NCBI GenBank assembly: GCA_002327785.1
Contig: DCUI01000269.1
Span: forward strand, 7,095 to 71,094
Direction of reading: 5' to 3'
DNA: 64,000 bases
Source: Phycisphaerales bacterium UBA2218
GTDB lineage: Bacteria > Planctomycetota > Phycisphaerae > Sedimentisphaerales > Anaerobacaceae
Shown: positions 58,980 through 64,000 of the stretch, piece by piece
How the letters are laid out: the number at the start of each line of letters is the position of its first letter
Position numbering within the stretch: the first letter of the stretch is position 1
Program-made: the position numbers and the translations under genes
The notes under the pieces: model-generated
The model's database searches: none
The model's input: only the letters and a program-made list of their open reading frames with translations
What the model was told of the DNA's origin: nothing

Positions 58980-60065
58980 TCAATTGTCCAGATAGACAAT
59001 ATGCGTGAACATCCTGCCGTTTTTGATCAGATTCCGCGAGTCGTAGAGCGTGAACGTGAACTTCAGGGCCCGTCCGAGCCCGGGAATCTCGCTGAAATGC
59101 TCCTCGTCGATCTGGTCCGTGGGGAAACTCGGGTTTGTCAGACTCGATCCGCCCCGTGGATACCACACGCCGGGATCGCGTTCCGAGTCGATGTCGCCTC
59201 CACCCGATACGAGGGGAAAGTCGGAATCGTCGCTCAGGCTGTCATCCTCGTCCGGATTCACTTGCGGGATCCACCGCTTCTGCGCATCGTTCCAGCCCTG
59301 CACCATGAACTGCCCCACCCCCTGGCAAAACACCGCATGGAACGAATCCGGGTCGGAGCGGTCTATCAGCACGCCGCGTGCCGCTTTCTCTGTCGTGCTG
59401 AGCGTTCCAACTCCTTCCTGCGCAACGGCGACATCTCCAATCACGGAAAGCATATTGGCCTTCTCGGACAGCGGGATTCGCTTCCATGCTTCCAGCGAGA
59501 TCTTGTCGATCTGCCGGCGGCTGTTCCAGGTAAGCCAGTCCTCCGTGGTGAAGCCGCTCGTATCAAGCTGCTCATCCGCGTTCTCCGGCGACGGCGGGAT
59601 GAGAATGTGCTGCGTCCTTGCGAGAGTCCGCTCGTAAGGCTTCTGCATTTGCGGCCAGTTGGGTTCCGTTGCACGGATTGACGGGCCGCGGGCAAGTGTG
59701 TAGCAGACCCGAGCCATATTGCCTCGCTTGGGATTCGGACCGTACGTCTGGAAATCGCCGCTCGCGAAGAACATGATCCGATCGAACCGCTCGAATGCAA
59801 GGGAGCTGTTGCGATTGGCCCCTGCATAGTCGGCCTTGCGCTGCGCCCCCCAGACGACGAAGATCTCGCCGCCTTTGGAGAGGCCGCGGAAATCCGTATC
59901 CAGTTGGTCGGTGAGAACCCGGAGCTTCTGCATGATCTCGGCATTCGCCTGGGCGAGGCGCTGTGAGTCGATGCTGACTCGAAAGATCACTCCGGCGAAC
60001 GACAGGACCACTGCCAGAATCCCCAGCGCGACAACCAACTCCATGAGGGTGAACGCTTTTCGCAT
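58980..60065 (-). CDS. Prepilin-type N-terminal domain protein (GspJ-position pseudopilin)
   Basis: MRKAFTLMELVVALGILAVVLSF leader and hydrophobic helix. The assignment to J rests on operon position only. Confidence 0.6.
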   Translation of the reverse strand: MRKAFTLMELVVALGILAVVLSFAGVIFRVSIDSQRLAQANAEIMQKLRVLTDQLDTDFRGLSKGGEIFVVWGAQRKADYAGANRNSSLAFERFDRIMFFASGDFQTYGPNPKRGNMARVCYTLARGPSIRATEPNWPQMQKPYERTLARTQHILIPPSPENADEQLDTSGFTTEDWLTWNSRRQIDKISLEAWKRIPLSEKANMLSVIGDVAVAQEGVGTLSTTEKAARGVLIDRSDPDSFHAVFCQGVGQFMVQGWNDAQKRWIPQVNPDEDDSLSDDSDFPLVSGGGDIDSERDPGVWYPRGGSSLTNPSFPTDQIDEEHFSEIPGLGRALKFTFTLYDSRNLIKNGRMFTHIVYLDN

Positions 60066-60066
60066 C

Positions 60067-60858
60067 TTACAGTCCCGGGAATCGAAGGATCTTCTGATAT
60101 ACGGCGACGCCCGGATTCTTTCCCCCGGACGCGGCTGGTGGAACAACCCACACCCAGCCGCCCGCGGCGGAGGTCAAGTCGCCACCCTCCCAACCGCGAT
60201 CCAGCCTGATCGTACCGGGCGCGTCAACGGATCGCTCCAGCACGCGATAGATCTGTCCCGTCGCATCGTCCACGAGAACCGAGCCGTCGCTGACAAACGC
60301 ACGTTCATCGATTGTATCGGAGGAAACGGCGTCCCTGATCGTGATCTCGTCCCGGTCGGCGGCCACCTCGCGAATGACGTTGATCTGCACGGGACGAGGC
60401 CGATCCGACGGCTCGAGTTGCAGGTCGGTCGTGCCGTTCCGGCGCACCCAGTAGAACGAGACGCCACCGGTCTTGCGACTGACAAACACCGTGCACTGGA
60501 CCAGATCGCTGCCGTCCGCCGTGCGCCGGCAGATTGCCGCCCATGAATACTGTCTGGCCGGCGCTTCGCGGATCGACGGATACAGCCATTCATCCGCGGG
60601 AACAGCCGCGAGGTCGTTGTAGTCCACGGCCCCATCCGTCTTGAGGTCCGCGACATTGGGATCGAGGCCAAAGATCTGCATCTTGGCAAACGCTTCTTCG
60701 GCGGCCACCGCCGCAATCGTCCGCTCGGTCGAAAACGTCGAAAGATATATCCCCGTTAGAAAGGCCCCGGCGATGAAAGTCAATCCGATCGCCAGCGTCC
60801 CGACGGCCATCAGGGTTTCCGTCAGTGAGAATCCTCGCTGTTGTGACTTCCTGGTCAT
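60067..60858 (-). CDS. Prepilin-type N-terminal domain protein (GspI-position pseudopilin)
   Basis: QRGFSLTETLMAVGTLAIGLTFIAGAF. Confidence 0.6.
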   Translation of the reverse strand: MTRKSQQRGFSLTETLMAVGTLAIGLTFIAGAFLTGIYLSTFSTERTIAAVAAEEAFAKMQIFGLDPNVADLKTDGAVDYNDLAAVPADEWLYPSIREAPARQYSWAAICRRTADGSDLVQCTVFVSRKTGGVSFYWVRRNGTTDLQLEPSDRPRPVQINVIREVAADRDEITIRDAVSSDTIDERAFVSDGSVLVDDATGQIYRVLERSVDAPGTIRLDRGWEGGDLTSAAGGWVWVVPPAASGGKNPGVAVYQKILRFPGL

Positions 60859-60867
60859 ATCTGCACA

Positions 60868-61713
60868 TCAATTCGACGAGATCAGGTTTCCCGTATGCGG
60901 GCTCACATAGAAGGCCTTGGCCGCCAGCCGGCTCAGATAGTCGGTCCATGCCGTCTTTCGGTCATACACCGCCCGCAACCGGGGCAGCTCATAGATCACG
61001 AAGCTCACGCAACTGGACTCTTCTCCCAGCCCCAGCGCCTGGACCGAATCCCTCGGCGGGTAGTCATCCTGGATGAACATTCCTCGTTTGCGCCGGCAGA
61101 TCGTATCCGCGACATTGAATATGTCGTCCGTTGACTCACTGGGCGGGACCAAGCCGTTCGCCGGCCGATTCACACCATCCCTGTTGCGGACACGGACATT
61201 GCGAACGACCAGACCGCCTGACGGCCCAAACACGATGGAGAACGTGGTGGCGTTGCTCAGCTCGAAGAGCTCATCGATGTCGGCATCGCTCTTGACCATG
61301 CTCAGGTCCATCAAGCCCATCGTCGTGGGCAATTTGATCGGCTCCAGCCCCTCCATCGCCCTGAAGCCATCCGCAACGTCGCCGTTGTTCTTCTTCTCTT
61401 CGTGCACGATGAAGATCATGTACTGCGGGGCGTCCATCAGGCCCTTGAGAGGGTCGGCCGAGTCGTTCGAGACGCACAGCTTCTGGAAGCGGACGCCCAC
61501 ATACCGCTGGCGGCTCACCGCCATGGTTCGGGCCGAACTCAAAGCCGCGTTCACCATGCTGACGGCCCCCCCTTCGGACTGGAACGAATTGACCAGCGCA
61601 CGCATGGCCGGCGCCGCGAAGCCCACCATCAGGGCAACCGTCGCGACGACCAGCACCATCTCGATCAGCGTCAAACCGACTGTCCTTCGTGCTCGGCCGT
61701 ACATGGGTCTCAA
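60868..61713 (-). CDS. Prepilin-type N-terminal domain protein (GspH/FimT-like)
   Basis: VGLTLIEMVLVVATVALMVGFAAP, followed by ALSSARTMAVSRQRYVGVRF, as in GspH/FimT. Confidence 0.6.
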   Translation of the reverse strand: MRPMYGRARRTVGLTLIEMVLVVATVALMVGFAAPAMRALVNSFQSEGGAVSMVNAALSSARTMAVSRQRYVGVRFQKLCVSNDSADPLKGLMDAPQYMIFIVHEEKKNNGDVADGFRAMEGLEPIKLPTTMGLMDLSMVKSDADIDELFELSNATTFSIVFGPSGGLVVRNVRVRNRDGVNRPANGLVPPSESTDDIFNVADTICRRKRGMFIQDDYPPRDSVQALGLGEESSCVSFVIYELPRLRAVYDRKTAWTDYLSRLAAKAFYVSPHTGNLISSN

Positions 61714-61721
61714 TCCTTCAC

Positions 61722-62216
61722 TCAGATCTTCCGTCCGCCCTTGCTGCTGATATCATCCGCGGTGCCGAACCGCTTGTCCGGGCCGGCGCTGATCAGCTCG
61801 GGAAAACTGTCACCCACACCAGGATCGTAGAAATAATCCAACACGGTTCCCCACGGGTCCCTCAGCTCCGACACCTCGGCGAGGCCCTCCTGGCTCCGGA
61901 CCAGGCCCGGGTCCAGTTGATCCAGCACGCGGCGGGACTCCGGTACGGATCGAAGCTCTTGCATCATCAATTCGATGTGCGCCAGGGCATTGGCGGAATT
62001 TCGCTCCGTCTGCAGCGGAAACTCGCCCCGGAGTTCATAATACTCGCGTAACGACGTGCTCAGCAGCGTAAAGGCGCTGTCCACGGCCTTTTCCTTCGAC
62101 TGGTTGTCCACGCGGCGCGTCAGCGTGACCACAACGGCGGCCAGCACGGCGATGATGCCCAGCACTACCAGCATCTCGATCAGCGTCACGGCCCTGCGAT
62201 GGTGACAATCCGCCAT
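61722..62216 (-). CDS. gspG: Major pseudopilin GspG-like
   Basis: RAVTLIEMLVVLGIIAVLAAVVV and C-terminal DPWGTVLDYFYDPG...LISAGPDKRFGTADDI. The track ORF extension to 62513 runs through the palindromic element. Confidence 0.7.
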   Translation of the reverse strand: MADCHHRRAVTLIEMLVVLGIIAVLAAVVVTLTRRVDNQSKEKAVDSAFTLLSTSLREYYELRGEFPLQTERNSANALAHIELMMQELRSVPESRRVLDQLDPGLVRSQEGLAEVSELRDPWGTVLDYFYDPGVGDSFPELISAGPDKRFGTADDISSKGGRKI

Positions 62217-62239
62217 ATCCCGTATCGGAACTTCGATCC

Positions 62240-62412
62240 GGACTTCTGGAAAATGGACATTCGGCCTATATTTTTCAAGGAAATCCGTTTCACGATTTCC
62301 TTGAAGAATCGGCCTAACATGTCTTGTCAAAGACTTGCCGTTCGAGAGGGGAAAATCGTGAAGCAGATTTTCCTCTCTCAAAGTAGGCCGAATTTCCATT
62401 TTCCAGAGGTCC
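62240..62412. repeat. 173-bp AT-rich nested palindromic element (MITE-like or structured RNA)
   Basis: The outer 28-nt inverted repeat (62240-62267 vs 62385-62412) matches 26/28. Hairpin A is 62274-62305 (12-bp perfect stem, 8-nt loop). Hairpin B is 62344-62379 (14-bp stem with one G-T, 8-nt loop). Confidence 0.75.
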
Positions 62413-62419
62413 ATTTCGA

Positions 62420-63334
62420 TCACTGTCCGAAGTTGCGAATGTCGTCGTCTGTACCGTAAATGCCATCCATTCCCGCCGAGATCAGCAGATAGGAGTCCGG
62501 CCGGGACGGCCACCGCCTCGCCTGTACTCGCGGGTCGCGGATGTAGTCGTAGAAGTACTCGAAGCTCGTCGTGCCCGCCATGACCCCCGGCGCCAGCCAG
62601 TGCTGGCGGCGCTGGGCCAGCGCCTTCGTCGCATCCACCAGCCTGCCCAGGTTCAGAATCGGTGCGTTGTCGCGCGCATCGTAGATGCAGAGGCTCGTCT
62701 GGTCCTGTGAAGGCGGGTCGTGGAGCAGGTTTGCCGGGTTGGCCCTATAATAAAGGATCGGCGTCCCCGGAGTCACCATCTTGCCGTTGGGCATCCGAAT
62801 CCTTCGCTCACTCACCCCGAACACGTCACAGAGCACGTAGGTACGCGGCGCCAACGGATCGACGTTGGACGGAAACAGCGCATCCACGTCGCCACCGAGC
62901 AGGAACACATTGGCGGTGTCCAACTCGACATACCGATCCTTCCGTCTCTGCAGAGTATCCGACGCATGATATACCGTGGCTGCGGCTTTATTCCTGTCGA
63001 ATCCGTCCGCCCGCCACGCCGACTCCGGGTGGAATCCGAGCAAGTCCCAGCCAACCAGCGCCTCGGCGAGTTTCTGGGCCCCGCAGTAATCCCGCAACTG
63101 CCCCGATACGGCACTGGACGGATCCCACCAGTTCGACGGCGGATAGTCCCCGTAGTCGCTCTTGAAGGCCGCCAGACCAAGCTCGATGGCCGTGAATTGC
63201 GCCTTCTGCTTGGTCTCCTTGGCCATCCTCTGCACGGTGTGCACGGCCGGCAGCAACAATCCCACGAGGATGGCGATGATGCCGACCACGACCAGGATCT
63301 CAATCACTGTCAGGCCCGATCTTTTCGTTTTCAC
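62420..63334 (-). CDS. Prepilin-type N-terminal domain protein, enlarged GspG-like paralog
   Basis: KRSGLTVIEILVVVGIIAILVGLLLPAV and C-terminal LLISAGMDGIYGTDDDI. Confidence 0.7.
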   Translation of the reverse strand: MKTKRSGLTVIEILVVVGIIAILVGLLLPAVHTVQRMAKETKQKAQFTAIELGLAAFKSDYGDYPPSNWWDPSSAVSGQLRDYCGAQKLAEALVGWDLLGFHPESAWRADGFDRNKAAATVYHASDTLQRRKDRYVELDTANVFLLGGDVDALFPSNVDPLAPRTYVLCDVFGVSERRIRMPNGKMVTPGTPILYYRANPANLLHDPPSQDQTSLCIYDARDNAPILNLGRLVDATKALAQRRQHWLAPGVMAGTTSFEYFYDYIRDPRVQARRWPSRPDSYLLISAGMDGIYGTDDDIRNFGQ

Positions 63335-63383
63335 GGGTATCCTCTTTTCATGTCGCCATTACGATCCGATTGCCGCAATCCAT

Positions 63384-63399
63384 GCCCCCAAACGGGGGC
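63384..63399 (-). other. GC hairpin between the two G-like paralogs
   Basis: GCCCCC-AAAC-GGGGGC. No U-tract. Confidence 0.3.
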
Positions 63400-63411
63400 G
63401 CCTCGACTCCT

Positions 63412-64000
63412 CTACTCCCGGAACTTCCACTCATAGTTGCAGATGTCGTCGGCCGTGCCGTATTCGTTGTCCCATCCGGCGGAGATCAGGATGTACTCAT
63501 CCGCCCGAAAAGGCCTTTGGGTCGTGGTGATCTTGTCACTCTGCGTATTCCGGTAGAACCGTAGCGAATCAGCCAGCCTGTGGGGCGTCGCACTGGTCCC
63601 CGTCCCCTGCCATGGCTTGCCAAGACCGACCAGGGCATTGTTGTCGAGGTAGTTGTAGATGTTTCCCATACTGTCTCTGGCCGTCATCGATCCCGCGAGA
63701 TTCGGATCGTGGAACGTGTTGGCGGTATCGGCCTTGTAGTACAGGATCGGCATGCCGGTTTTTTCCCCGGATTGCATCAGACGCTGGTACACGTCGCAAA
63801 GCACGAACGACGACCCAAGGAACGAACCCAGGTTGCCGCCGTAGATGTCCCGCATCCGCCAGGCGTTGGCGTTCTCGGCCTGCAGATAGGGTCCCTTTCT
63901 CGCCCCGAGGTTCTGAGCGCGGAGCGCGGGAGTCAAGTTGTCAATGTCCGGTGGATACACCACCGCGTTCGAGGCATCCCTGCCATCTGCGCGAAAGATC
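63412..64000 (-). CDS. GspG-like paralog; N-terminus lies beyond the window edge
   Basis: The C-terminal part parallels the 62420..63334 protein (FVLCDVY..., PILYYKAD..NTFHDP, YILISAGWDNEYGTADDI). The frame stays open to the window end. Confidence 0.6.
   Translation of the reverse strand, partial: IFRADGRDASNAVVYPPDIDNLTPALRAQNLGARKGPYLQAENANAWRMRDIYGGNLGSFLGSSFVLCDVYQRLMQSGEKTGMPILYYKADTANTFHDPNLAGSMTARDSMGNIYNYLDNNALVGLGKPWQGTGTSATPHRLADSLRFYRNTQSDKITTTQRPFRADEYILISAGWDNEYGTADDICNYEWKFRE

Noticed and set aside
1-64000. Search by eye for tRNA, rRNA, tmRNA and CRISPR arrays.
   Set aside because: I found no T-loop-like GGTTCGAATCC-type motif in an intergenic region, no rRNA-like conserved blocks, and no regularly spaced 25-40-nt direct repeats. 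Every gap longer than 300 bp was read and showed only the promoters and repeats listed above. A covariance-model scan would still be needed to exclude small ncRNAs.

Overview
High-GC, gene-dense chromosomal window. The gene content suggests Planctomycetota (possibly Phycisphaerae-like): many lamin-tail/dockerin proteins, a long pseudopilin operon, DUF5107/TPR proteins. This taxon call is an inference. All family names come from motif recognition by eye and need HMM confirmation. Left to right: (1) a decayed BlaR1/M56-like gene, broken by two frameshifts and by a single-ORF IS66-family element with verifiable TIRs and an 8-bp target duplication; (2) a 1578-aa LTD-CotH protein; (3) an APH-like kinase, DUF218, ApbE and a radical-SAM gene; (4) a FIST / PAS-histidine kinase / REC / REC signalling cassette; (5) an acetate/acetyl-CoA island: acs, an OFA-type MFS transporter, an HDAC-family deacetylase, a CoA-transferase fused to a Pat-type GNAT, and an ADP-forming acyl-CoA synthetase; (6) secreted LTD/dockerin, MBL, esterase and PQQ-propeller proteins; (7) a translationally coupled three-gene envelope operon of unknown function (DUF5107-TPR, polytopic membrane protein, CxxCH beta-propeller); (8) a fused DAHP synthase-chorismate mutase; (9) an eroded MmeI-type R-M remnant; (10) an ECF sigma factor; (11) hom, an iPGM-like proposed homoserine kinase, and lysC; (12) an SNase-like nuclease, a sigma54-type response regulator, a CDF transporter, a phosphohexomutase, serA, DUF2752 and suhB; (13) a gspG-H-I-J-K-like pseudopilin operon preceded by two extra G-like paralogs and interrupted by a 173-bp AT-rich palindromic element. 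A double-hairpin REP-like repeat occurs three times, each directly after a stop codon. I saw no rRNA, tRNA or CRISPR array. Most start codons are uncertain, and several track ORFs carry spurious N-terminal extensions.
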